Below, piece after piece: positions 13,337-22,308 of a stretch of DNA of 64,000 nucleotides. The DNA comes from Clostridia bacterium. GTDB taxonomy: Bacteria > Bacillota > Clostridia > TANB77 > UBA1234. Within the stretch, counting starts at the first letter, position 1; the number at the start of each line of letters is the position of its first letter. The position numbers and the translations under genes were made by a program. The notes beneath the pieces are model-generated. The model was not told the DNA's origin, ran no database searches, and was given only the letters and a program-made list of their open reading frames with translations. The stretch covers positions 77,191-141,190 of the forward strand of contig JAFYBZ010000022.1 in NCBI GenBank assembly GCA_017539905.1, read 5' to 3'.

Positions 13337-13422
13337 TTGAGACGTGTCCCTTTGTTGCGCTGTGCAACTTGAGAACCGTCCCCTGGTTGCAGCGTGCAAC
13401 TTGAGAACCGTCCCCAAGTTGC
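13337..13422 (-). repeat. REP-like array, 3 inverted units (B' 13337-13358, A' 13363-13390, A' 13395-13422)
   Basis: ttgagacgtgtccctttgttgc, gctg, tgcaacttgagaaccgtcccctggttgc, agcg, tgcaacttgagaaccgtccccaagttgc. Confidence 0.92.
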
Positions 13423-13529
13423 GGGTTTGTCTATTTTTAGCGATTTTCTGTATATTTTTGTCAAATTTTGTGTTATAATTCAGTTTCCGAAGGATTTTCC
13501 AATGTTTTTTTAGAAAGGAGGCAATAATT

Positions 13530-15071
13530 ATGCGTGAAAAAATCCGCCAAATCGTACTTGGCCGTAGCTATTTAACGGTTATCATGTTTATTTTGCAGCT
13601 ATTATTTTACGTAATTGTTGCCAATGTTCTAATTCAATATTCAATCATAATCCAGGTAATTGCGTACTTTCTAAGCTTAATGCTTACTATATATATACTT
13701 TCGATGAAAAACACGGACATTTACAGCAAGGCGCTTTTAGTCATCGTTATAATTCTTTTCCCAGTGTTTGGCACCTGCATGTTCTTTTTCTTTAGAAACC
13801 AAAGGGTTAGAAAGAAGATCAGACTTAATCTTGAGAGTCAGGAATATGCAACTAAAAAGATAAATCACGATTCTGAAAAAACCGACAAAGCCCTTGAAAA
13901 GCAAGATAAATCAGTCTTTAACATGTCGCGTTACATTTTAAAAACTACTAATATGCCAATATATAACAACACTTCTTCAAAGTATTTTAGCGTGGGCGAA
14001 GAGTATTTTGAAGATTTGATTATCGAGCTAGAAAAAGCTGAAAAATTCATATTTATGGAATATTTCATAATCAAGCAAGGCCACATGTGGAACAAAGTTT
14101 TCAATATTTTAAAGCGCAAAGCAAAACAAGGTGTCGAAGTTAGATTATTATACGACGACTTTGGATGTATCAACACGCTTCCAGAAGGATACGAAAATCA
14201 TGTTAGGAAGTACGGCATTAAATGCCAAGTTTTCGGACATATTTATCCTGTTGCTACTCTTGCTCACAACAATAGAGATCATAGAAAAATCGTTGTAATT
14301 GATGGCGTTGTAGGATTTGCTGGTGGTATTAATTTGTCAGATGAATACATTAACAAGTGGATAAGATTCGGTCATTGGAAAGATACAGGTGTCATGATTA
14401 AGGGTGAAGCAGTTAAAAGCTTTACTTTGATGTTCCTTGAAAACTGGCACATTTATCAAGATAAAGATGAAGACGACAGATACTTAGAAGGAAATGTTGC
14501 ACGAATTCCAAAAATTGAAAACGAGTTCGTTCAACCTTATATGTCTACGCCGATGGATGCCGAAGAAATCGTTGCCCGTAACGTGTATGTAAATATTTTG
14601 AATGCTGCAAACGATTACGTTTATATAACAACACCTTATTTAGTAATGGATAAAGACCTTGAAACTGCAGTAATTAACGCAGCAAAACGTGGAGTTGATG
14701 TTCGATTTATTACTCCACGAATTCCAGATAAAAAGAATGTTTTTGCAGTTACAAGGAGTTCATATAGAGGCTTAATTGAGCACGGAGTCCGCATTTTTGA
14801 GTATGTTCCAGGTTTTATTCATGCAAAAAATGTTGTTTCTGATGATAAAGTTGCAACATGCGGATCGATAAATTTTGACAATAGAAGTTTTTATCATAGT
14901 TATGAAAATGGCGTATTGATGTACAATTCGGAAGCTGTTTTGGATATTCGTAGAGACTTTATAAAAGCGCAAAATCTTTCAGAAGAAGTAAAAATTGACT
15001 TTGACTCAAAATTACCTTTAAAAACCAAGATAAAAACGGCTTTCTGGAAGCTTTTCTCGCCGGTGTTTTAA
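13530..15071 (+). CDS. cls: cardiolipin synthase
   Basis: N-terminal TM segments. Two HKD motifs (HRKIVVIDG...GGINLSDEY and HAKNVVSDD...GSINFDNRS). Confidence 0.9.
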   Translation: MREKIRQIVLGRSYLTVIMFILQLLFYVIVANVLIQYSIIIQVIAYFLSLMLTIYILSMKNTDIYSKALLVIVIILFPVFGTCMFFFFRNQRVRKKIRLNLESQEYATKKINHDSEKTDKALEKQDKSVFNMSRYILKTTNMPIYNNTSSKYFSVGEEYFEDLIIELEKAEKFIFMEYFIIKQGHMWNKVFNILKRKAKQGVEVRLLYDDFGCINTLPEGYENHVRKYGIKCQVFGHIYPVATLAHNNRDHRKIVVIDGVVGFAGGINLSDEYINKWIRFGHWKDTGVMIKGEAVKSFTLMFLENWHIYQDKDEDDRYLEGNVARIPKIENEFVQPYMSTPMDAEEIVARNVYVNILNAANDYVYITTPYLVMDKDLETAVINAAKRGVDVRFITPRIPDKKNVFAVTRSSYRGLIEHGVRIFEYVPGFIHAKNVVSDDKVATCGSINFDNRSFYHSYENGVLMYNSEAVLDIRRDFIKAQNLSEEVKIDFDSKLPLKTKIKTAFWKLFSPVF

Positions 15072-15089
15072 TAAATGTAACGGAGGAAC

Positions 15090-15212
15090 GCAACGGAGGG
15101 ACGGTTCTCAAGTTGCAGTGTGCAACTTGAGAACCGTCCCCCGGTTGCGCCGTGCAACTTGAGAACCGTCCCCCGGTTGCAACGTGCAACTTGAGAACCG
15201 TCCCCCAGTTGC
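15090..15212. repeat. REP-like array, 4 units (1 forward, 3 inverted; 32-bp period)
   Basis: gcaacggagggacggttctcaagttgca, gtg, then tgcaacttgagaaccgtccccc(g/a)gttgc three times. Confidence 0.92.
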
Positions 15213-15312
15213 GCGCAGGCTTACGGAAGTAAGGGGTTGACATATTACTATAGCTTATGACATGTATAAGCGAAAAAGGGCTTGAAATCAGCGCTTTCAG
15301 CGTGTCGATAGC

Positions 15313-15341
15313 TTGACATAATGCTATATATATGATATAAT
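15313..15341 (+). promoter_or_regulatory. consensus sigma-A promoter
   Basis: TTGACA (15313-15318), 17 nt, TATAAT (15336-15341); about 40 nt upstream of ATG 15380. Confidence 0.7.
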
Positions 15342-15379
15342 TTGCTTGTAGTGATTTGAACAAAAGAGGGTGATTATAT

Positions 15380-17665
15380 ATGGCTAGTGGACCAATACAA
15401 ACAAACTTTAATCCAAATAATCCTGCTGAGGTAGCTAAGTTTAAGGATAAAATCAAAAGTATTCTTAAAAGCAAGGTACCAAAAAGCAGACTAACATATT
15501 CAGAAGGTTTTGCTGAGCATCTGGTTACTGAAACAAAAGGTAAAAAGATGTTCATGACGGAGCAAGAGATTTATGAGCAATTTAACGATTACGTTAAAGA
15601 AATTTCAACGTTCGTTCCGCCTGATTTACCTGTCCCTCCAACTGGACCAAAGAAGGACGAGGGCAGACACGACATTCCTGGCGCCGAACCAGAACCAGAG
15701 CCGGAACCAAAAACTGAACCAAAGACAGAGCCTGAACCAGAACCAAGTTCAGCCCCAACAGAAGAAGCTGAGGGCTCAGCACCTACCGAAGATCCACCAA
15801 CAGAAGATGACGAAGAAGTAGATGAAGAAGATATAGATGAAAGTAAAGGAGATGATAGTATGGCAGATGCAAAATTAACACCAACAGAAATTAAAAATAA
15901 GTTTGGTATTGATGTAACTGCAGATATGACTATCGATGAGCTTGTTGAAGGAATTAAAAACAAGACAATCGTAATTAGCGGAGGTTTATCAAGATTAAAA
16001 ATCGAACCAGAGCTAAAGCTATACAATTTGTACATGGACATGGTTAAAGCAATGAAAGGTCAAAAGATTAGCATTTATGGCACTGACGAAGTTGTTACTG
16101 ATGAATTATTAACAACTTTCACAGACCACAACTATGTTATTTATTTTGATGAAACAAAGCTTAAATCTTTAATGCAATCAGTAATTGAATCAAATAGACC
16201 TGATCCAACAATAGATGAAGATCCAGATGAAGACAAAGGTAAAGGTGGCAAGAAAGGTCCTGACTCATCAACTCCTGGCGATTCTGATTCAGGTTCAGGC
16301 GGAAAGAAAGGTCCTGACAAAGATGATAAAGAAGTTGAAATGGAACAAAAAGATGGTGAATTCCCAGAAGAGTTCTATGAAAATGTTTTAAGAGAATTAG
16401 GTCTTATCAAATTAGATGGAATTTCAGTAAGCAAGAAAGATGGCTACAAGCCTAAGAAAGGCGAAACTCAAAAGAGTGTAAAAATCGTAAAAGAGCCAGA
16501 TAAAAAGAATACAAGAGTTGAATGTAACGACGTTACTTGTGCTCTTGGATTATTCGAAAAGATGTTTAAAGACATCCAAGAAAATGGTGAAAAGAGTGAA
16601 TTCTACAAAAAGAGAATTCTATTCAATGGTCAATACATTCCAATGGCTGAGTTTGCTTCTAGAGGCGAAGATGGTCTTAAGGATTTAAGAGAAATGGTAA
16701 CATACATCGAGAAAAATCCTGGTAAAGACTATGAAGTTCCTGAAAGAAAAGATGATGGAAAGCCTGTTGATGAAAAGAATGCTACAAAGAAAACAGATCA
16801 AGTACTAGATGAATTAAAAGGCTTGGACTCAAAGACAAGAGATGTTGTTAAGAGAGTTAAAGGAAAAGAAGTTAAAGATGTTTCTGAAAAAGTTTTAAAA
16901 GAGCTTGAATCTAAAGAGGGAAAAGAGAAATTCAAAGAGAATTATGAAGAGCTTGTTCGCTTCGAAGCTTTAAGAAATAGATTAGAAAGAATTGCTAGAG
17001 AAGTAAAAGAATTAGAGAAACATCCAGAATTATTAGGTACATTGCTTGCTTCTAAAAAACAAGAATTAATTGAAGCATTAAATGAATTCAACAAAGAATT
17101 TTCAAGAGAAAAATTAGAAGAGCTTTATAAATTTAAAGCACAATTGATTTTTGTTGGAAGAGCTGAACCAGCTAGATATAGAGGCTTAGTACCTAAATTA
17201 GGTATTACTCCGGATGAAGCAGAAAGATATCAAGAATTCTCTAAAGCATCAAAAGATCTTATTGATGGAATAAGACTATCTGCGTTATTAAGAAATTTTG
17301 GACACGATACAGCCGGAATTCTCCCAGGTGAAACAGGAAAGAGTTTTAGAGAATTAAGGAAACATAACGCTGAAGTTCTATTAGAAGCAAGACATGGAAT
17401 AGCAAGAGGAAATAACCCTGCTACTCATATTTGTGACACAGAGAAGAAGATTGAAAAAAGTGATTTATTATCTGTAATTGAAAGAGGACGTATAGAAGAA
17501 TTCAATAATAAACATATTAGATCAAGAAGAGTTTTTAGAGGCAAAACTTATGTAGTAGCTCCAAAATACGATGCAGATATGGTTACTGCAGCTGTTAAAC
17601 TAGAGCAAGAACTTGATAGAGAAATTGCTGGAGCTAAAAATCCAAGAAAAGGCCTAGACATATAG
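15380..17665 (+). CDS. hypothetical protein with acidic low-complexity and PEPEPEPK-type regions (761 aa)
   Basis: GAGGG RBS and long ORF. No catalytic motif recognised. Confidence 0.65.
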   Translation: MASGPIQTNFNPNNPAEVAKFKDKIKSILKSKVPKSRLTYSEGFAEHLVTETKGKKMFMTEQEIYEQFNDYVKEISTFVPPDLPVPPTGPKKDEGRHDIPGAEPEPEPEPKTEPKTEPEPEPSSAPTEEAEGSAPTEDPPTEDDEEVDEEDIDESKGDDSMADAKLTPTEIKNKFGIDVTADMTIDELVEGIKNKTIVISGGLSRLKIEPELKLYNLYMDMVKAMKGQKISIYGTDEVVTDELLTTFTDHNYVIYFDETKLKSLMQSVIESNRPDPTIDEDPDEDKGKGGKKGPDSSTPGDSDSGSGGKKGPDKDDKEVEMEQKDGEFPEEFYENVLRELGLIKLDGISVSKKDGYKPKKGETQKSVKIVKEPDKKNTRVECNDVTCALGLFEKMFKDIQENGEKSEFYKKRILFNGQYIPMAEFASRGEDGLKDLREMVTYIEKNPGKDYEVPERKDDGKPVDEKNATKKTDQVLDELKGLDSKTRDVVKRVKGKEVKDVSEKVLKELESKEGKEKFKENYEELVRFEALRNRLERIAREVKELEKHPELLGTLLASKKQELIEALNEFNKEFSREKLEELYKFKAQLIFVGRAEPARYRGLVPKLGITPDEAERYQEFSKASKDLIDGIRLSALLRNFGHDTAGILPGETGKSFRELRKHNAEVLLEARHGIARGNNPATHICDTEKKIEKSDLLSVIERGRIEEFNNKHIRSRRVFRGKTYVVAPKYDADMVTAAVKLEQELDREIAGAKNPRKGLDI

Positions 17666-17689
17666 CATATATTCTACAAAAGAGAAAGG

Positions 17690-18391
17690 TTGATGCTTAT
17701 GAGTGAGCGTTCATTTAGAAGAAGAAGAGAGTCACCTAACAAAAGGGCGGACGACGATCAATTGCTTGATTATCAAGATGATGTTGATGGAATCGAAGAA
17801 GAATCTTTTCTTGATTATCCAGATGAAACATTGCTTAGTCAAAGAGACATTGAGAGGCATTATGAAATAATAGGTTTATCTCTTGATCAGCTTCAATATG
17901 AAATTGATTCTGAATTTCTTGATGAGGAAGCAGTCGATAAGTATCATAAATCTAGACATCATTTAGACCATTTAAAAAAGAGCGAAAAGGTTAAAAGTCT
18001 AAATGATGAAGTAAAAAGAGTTGAAAAAGAAATCCTAAAAATAGGAAGAACAATTCCTGAATTTACAGAGATGTTAAAAAGATACATAGCTATTAAGAAT
18101 GCCGAAAGGCGAATGAATGCTCAATTTTTCTATAGAGAGAGTTTTGATGCTAGCTATGAAGAAGCTGGAGAAGAATTAGAAGCATTTAAACAGGATTATT
18201 CTGAAGAAGATAGAGCTAAATTTAAAAAGGCGACTACACTATTAAGAATAATTGATGATCTCGGTAGTGAAATTTGTGAAGAAAAAGGAATAGATAAATT
18301 TGAAGGAAACGATTTAAAAGAAACCTTTTTGAGAAAGATATTAATGGATGACTTTGAAAAATATAGCTATGATCATGATGATGAATACTAA
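17690..18391 (+). CDS. hypothetical acidic protein (about 230 aa; start may be ATG 17693 or 17699)
   Basis: ORF directly downstream of 15380..17665, probably the same operon. Confidence 0.55.
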   Translation: MMLMSERSFRRRRESPNKRADDDQLLDYQDDVDGIEEESFLDYPDETLLSQRDIERHYEIIGLSLDQLQYEIDSEFLDEEAVDKYHKSRHHLDHLKKSEKVKSLNDEVKRVEKEILKIGRTIPEFTEMLKRYIAIKNAERRMNAQFFYRESFDASYEEAGEELEAFKQDYSEEDRAKFKKATTLLRIIDDLGSEICEEKGIDKFEGNDLKETFLRKILMDDFEKYSYDHDDEY

Positions 18392-18396
18392 TTCTA

Positions 18397-18484
18397 GTGT
18401 GCAGTTTTGGGACAATTCCAAGACTGCACACTTTTTTGTGCTCTTTTTTTCCCAAAGTACAATTTTGGTAGTGTCCCAAAATCG
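18397..18484. repeat. diverged relative of the REP-like unit (forward 18397-18431, inverted 18451-18484); the first copy doubles as a terminator
   Basis: gtgtgcagt tttgggacaattccaag actgcacac plus T-run; then cccaaagtacaattttggtagtgtcccaaaatcg. Same stem plus GGGAC-loop design. Confidence 0.5.
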
Positions 18485-18522
18485 TAAGTTGTGGTATAAT
18501 TGAGGCACGGAGGAAATGAAAG

Positions 18523-20785
18523 GTGAATATTTCAAACGAAGAAAAACAATTTGAATATGATAAACTTAAAAAGACTCGTAGATTAATTGATGAAGAGCTT
18601 GATAAATCGGCTAAGAGACTTGAAGAAGGTTTTGAGGAATACGATTACGACGATGACTACAAAGACGATTTTATGAAGCAAATGATGATAGATAGGTATA
18701 AGCAAAGGATTAATAATCTAAAGAAAATTAGGCCAAATCCTTACTTTGCCAGAGTCGATTTTGTAGAGAATAAGGCTTCTAAAAAGGATGCCTTTTATTT
18801 AGGTAAAGAGACAGTTACAGATATGAAAACACTGGAGCAAGTTGTAATTGACTGGAGAGCTCCAATTGCAGATTTATATTATGAAGGGCGTTTGGGTGAA
18901 GCTTCGTATAATTGCCCTGAAGGTAAAATTGAGGGTGAAATTAAATTAAAAAGGCAATATGTATTTGAAGATGGCGACATTAAAGATGTAATGGACATTG
19001 ATATCACGACTAATGATGAAATGCTACAGCCATTTTTGTCAGCAAATTCTGATACTAGACTTAAAAATATTGTTTCGACAATTCAAGCAGAACAAAATAA
19101 AATCATAAGAGCGACAATGTGGAAACCACTTGTGGTGCAAGGAGTTGCACGGTAGTGGTAAGACTACAATCGCTCTACATAGAATTGCTTACTTAATATA
19201 TAACTATGGAAAAGAATTTTTCCCAGAGGAATTTTTGATAATTGCTCCGAATAAATTCTTTTTAAACTATATTTCTAATGTATTGCCAGACTTAGGCGTA
19301 GAGCGCGTTTCACAGATGACTTATGAAGAGGTAGCTTTCCAGATAATAGGCCGTGAGTATAAAATTGAGGACCCTAATCATAAGCTTAGTCTTTTGATAG
19401 ATTCGCACTTGCCACCAAAGCAAAAGAAACAAGCGGAGATTATGGCTAATGCAACTTTATTTAAATCAACAGTAAGGTTTAAGAATTTGATTGATGAATA
19501 TATTTTTGAAGTAGAAAAAAGATTTTTGCCAAATATAGATTTTGAAGTTGCTGGAAGAGTATTGATGACTAAGGAAGAGATTTCTTCATTATTTTATCGT
19601 GAGTATGGATATTTGCCATTAACGAGAAGAATTTTTGAAATCAAAAAGCACATGTTAAATAAATTATTTGCAATTAAAGATGAGCTAATTAAAGAAATAG
19701 AAGACGAAGCTAAGTATTTGATTTCGAGAGTAAAGTTTGAGGAAGATATCGTTGAAATTCAGCGCTCGCAAATTAGAGCAATTTATGCTGAAAGAGATGA
19801 GAAGCTTAAAGAATTTAGCAAGAATTTAAATAAGCATGTGGATAAATATTTTGTGGATAACAAGGTGCTAGATGCGCTTGGATATTACAAAGAATTTTTG
19901 GATGTATATTTTAAAGAACTAGCTGGAAATAGAATTTCTAGTGATGAAGTGAAATATATTATAGATGGATTTAATGCAAATCAACGTAAAGGTCAAATTG
20001 AGATGGAAGATTTGGCGCCATTGATGTACATTACATATTTGATTCATGGAATTAAAACAAAATTTGAGCTTAAGCATGTTGTAATTGATGAGGCGCAAGA
20101 CTTTAGCGAATTTCAATTTTATGTTTTCAAGAAGATTGTTAAGAGCAATTCGATGACAATTTTGGGTGACTTGGCGCAAGGAATTTATGGGTATCGTGGA
20201 ACAAATAATTGGAAAAAGACGATGGATATTGTATTTGAGGGCGATACAGATTTGCAATATTTGACTTTGTCGAAGACATATCGTACGACCGAAGAAATAA
20301 TGAATAAGGCAAACGATGTAATTTCACATATTCATGATAAAATTAAGTGTCCTCTTGGAGAGCCTGTAATGAAAAATGGTGAAAAAGTGACAATGAGGCA
20401 ATTTAAAACCGAAGAAGAGATGATTTCGCAAATTAAGTATCGTATTGATGACTTCTTGAAAAAGGGGCTTAAAAATATTGCAATAATTGGAAAGACAGTT
20501 GGAGATTGCTTGATACTTGAAAAAGAATTAAGTGATATGACTCAGAAGATTCACATGATCACTGACAAAGACTCAACCTATGATGGAGGAATTTCAATTG
20601 TGCCATCATACTTATCAAAAGGTCTAGAATTTGATGCAGTAATAATTACAAATTGCGATGACTTCAATTACACATCATCAGAAGTCGACACTAAGCTATT
20701 ATATGTTTGTATGACAAGAGCAATGAATACGCTTGATATTTATTCGGTAGAGCCACTATGTAAGTTACTTACAAAGGGAGTATAA
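18523..20785 (+). pseudogene. helD: HelD-like (helicase IV/UvrD-family) gene interrupted by a +1 frameshift inside the Walker A motif
   Basis: ORFs 18523..19155 and 19130..20785 join as ...PLVVQGVA|GSGKTTIALHRIAYLIYN. DNA reads gga gtt gca C ggt agt ggt aag, i.e. one extra C near 19150. N-terminal YFARVDF...VIDWRAPIADLYY is HelD-like. Confidence 0.8.
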
Positions 20786-21299
20786 ATGAACAAATCACTT
20801 ATTAAAAAGATACTATATATTTTAATAATAATTGCCTGGATGGGCGTAATATTTGCTTTCTCTAGCTTAAATGGTGAAGGCTCGGATGATCAAAGTAAAG
20901 GATTGGCTAGAGCCGTGGTTGAGACTACGGTGCGGGACACTTCACAAGCTCGGCATTATTAATGAGATGCCAGAGCAAGAAGAATTGGATGCCGTAGTCG
21001 ATACTATTAATACTCCAATTAGAAAATGTGCGCATGCGGCGGAGTATTTTGTTTTAACATTTTTAGTGATGTTTGCATTAAGAGATAAAGACACATGGAA
21101 CGTATCTATTGGTAAAGCAATTATTATTTCACTTGCGGTTTGCTTTATTTATAGCCTGACTGATGAATTTCACCAGACTTACGTGCCCGCAAGGAGTGGG
21201 CAATTTAGCGATTGTTTAAATGATACTCTAGGTGGGTGTGTGGCGATTGCGGTATTTGTGATTGGTTATAATATAAAAAGGATGATAAATAAAAATTGA
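20786..21299 (+). pseudogene. VanZ-family membrane protein, frameshifted around 20925-20955
   Basis: ATG 20786 ORF (MNKSLIKKILYILIIIAWMGVIFAFSS...) stops at about 20958. It continues in another frame (track ORF 20871..21299: ...PIRKCAHAAEYFVLTFL...DEFHQ). The intact paralog at 36510..37010 shows the same layout. Confidence 0.65.
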
Positions 21300-21302
21300 A
21301 TT

Positions 21303-21338
21303 GAGGGGGCGGTTCTAATATTTTTAGAACCGTCCCAA
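21303..21338 (+). terminator. hairpin built from an inverted pair of the repeat core
   Basis: gggggcggttctaa tattt ttagaaccgtccc. Confidence 0.55.
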
Positions 21339-21353
21339 AATTACAAAAAGAGC

Positions 21354-21382
21354 TTGCAAAAAGTAAACTACTAATATATAAT
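21354..21382 (+). promoter_or_regulatory. sigma-A promoter of the polysaccharide locus
   Basis: TTGCAA, 17 nt, TATAAT, with an A-rich upstream tract. Confidence 0.6.
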
Positions 21383-21437
21383 ATAAAAGCTGCCGCGTAA
21401 GTAGGCAGGAAATATGAAATTTGTAGGAGTGTAGAAA

Positions 21438-22163
21438 GTGGAAGTAAATACTAAAGTAATTGACTATGAAGAGCCTAGTTCTTCAGAAATTTTACTTAAG
21501 AAAAGCAAGACTAAAGCACTAAAGGCGTATAATAAATTAGATGACATAGGATATAAAGCAGTAAAAAGAAGTTTTGATATAGCATGGGGATTAGCAGGAT
21601 GTGTTGCATTAGCAGTGATTACACCTGTTGTTAAAATAGCTACAATGGCATCTGGCGATTTTAAGCCTATCTTTTATACTCAAAAAAGAGTTGGAAAAGA
21701 TGGAAAAATCATAAAAATATTTAAATTCCGTAGTATGTGCCCAGATGCAGACATAGTATTGGACCAAATACTTAGAGAAAGCCCAGAACTAGCTAAAGAA
21801 TGGCACGAAAACCAAAAGCTTAAAAATGATCCAAGAATAACAAAGATAGGTAATGTGCTTAGAAAGACTTCAATAGATGAAATACCTCAGTTTTTAAACG
21901 TGTTAAAAGGTGATATGAGCTTGATAGGCCCTAGACCACTAGTAGAAGGAGAGTTAGATGCTCATGGCGGAGATCATAAGAGATATGAGGCTATGAGACC
22001 AGGAATCACAGGCTGGTGGGGCTGCAACGGTAGAAACGATACAACTTATCAAGAAAGACTAAACCTAGAGTATTACTATGTGGATAACGCTTCTGTAGTT
22101 TTGGATGCAAGATGCATATTAAAGACAATTGAGGCAGTAGTAAAGAAGACTGGAGTACAATAA
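21438..22163 (+). CDS. undecaprenyl-phosphate sugar phosphotransferase (bacterial sugar transferase, priming enzyme)
   Basis: KRSFDI..., FKFRSM, DPRITKIGNVLRKTSIDEIPQFLNVLKGDMSLIGPRP. Confidence 0.9.
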   Translation: MEVNTKVIDYEEPSSSEILLKKSKTKALKAYNKLDDIGYKAVKRSFDIAWGLAGCVALAVITPVVKIATMASGDFKPIFYTQKRVGKDGKIIKIFKFRSMCPDADIVLDQILRESPELAKEWHENQKLKNDPRITKIGNVLRKTSIDEIPQFLNVLKGDMSLIGPRPLVEGELDAHGGDHKRYEAMRPGITGWWGCNGRNDTTYQERLNLEYYYVDNASVVLDARCILKTIEAVVKKTGVQ

Positions 22164-22177
22164 ATATAAATAATTTG

Positions 22178-22206
22178 ATGGAGGCAGTACAAGCCTCCAT
22201 TTTTTA
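22178..22206 (+). terminator. rho-independent terminator
   Basis: atggaggc agtacaa gcctccat plus T5. Confidence 0.7.
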
Positions 22207-22251
22207 TGATAAAATGCATTAAAATATTTACATAAAAAGTCTACAAAAAGC

Positions 22252-22280
22252 TTGAAAAGTAAACATAATTATGATAGAAT
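22252..22280 (+). promoter_or_regulatory. sigma-A promoter (paralogous to the one at 21354)
   Basis: TTGAAA, 17 nt, TAGAAT. It shares acaaaaag-cttg-aaaagtaaac with the 21345 region. Confidence 0.55.
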
Positions 22281-22308
22281 GACAAAGCTCATAGGGGGTG
22301 AAATCAAT

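Larger units (their letters stand above)
12330..13422 (+). mobile_element. RAYT/IS200-like unit: Y1 transposase gene bracketed by mirror-image REP-like arrays
   Basis: Left array A,A,B (forward) and right array B',A',A' (inverted) flank CDS 12556..13323. Confidence 0.75.

Noticed and set aside
15090-15212. The regularly spaced 28-nt repeats could be read as a CRISPR array.
   Set aside because: Spacers are only 3-4 nt. Units occur in both orientations within an array. The same arrays recur at many loci, and no cas genes are present. This is REP/REPIN-like, not CRISPR.
15216-15312. Sequence similarity between the upstream regions of 15380, 44174 and 54531 (cttacggaag..., aaaaag-cTTGAAAtca-gc-tt-cagcg).
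   Set aside because: Most of the shared positions are an A-rich UP-like tract plus a -35 box, i.e. generic promoter architecture. The remaining similarity is too weak to call a regulatory motif by eye.
15573-16041. Sense and antisense ORFs inside the low-complexity part of 15380..17665.
   Set aside because: These are artefacts of the GA/CT-rich PEPEPE-coding tract. The long frame with an RBS and promoter is preferred.
22252-22308. Earlier starts for the GT1 gene at 22252 and 22279.
   Set aside because: They coincide with the -35 (TTGAAA) and -10 (TAGAAT) boxes of the predicted promoter. TTG 22309 has an AGGGGG RBS and matches the usual GT4 N-terminus.
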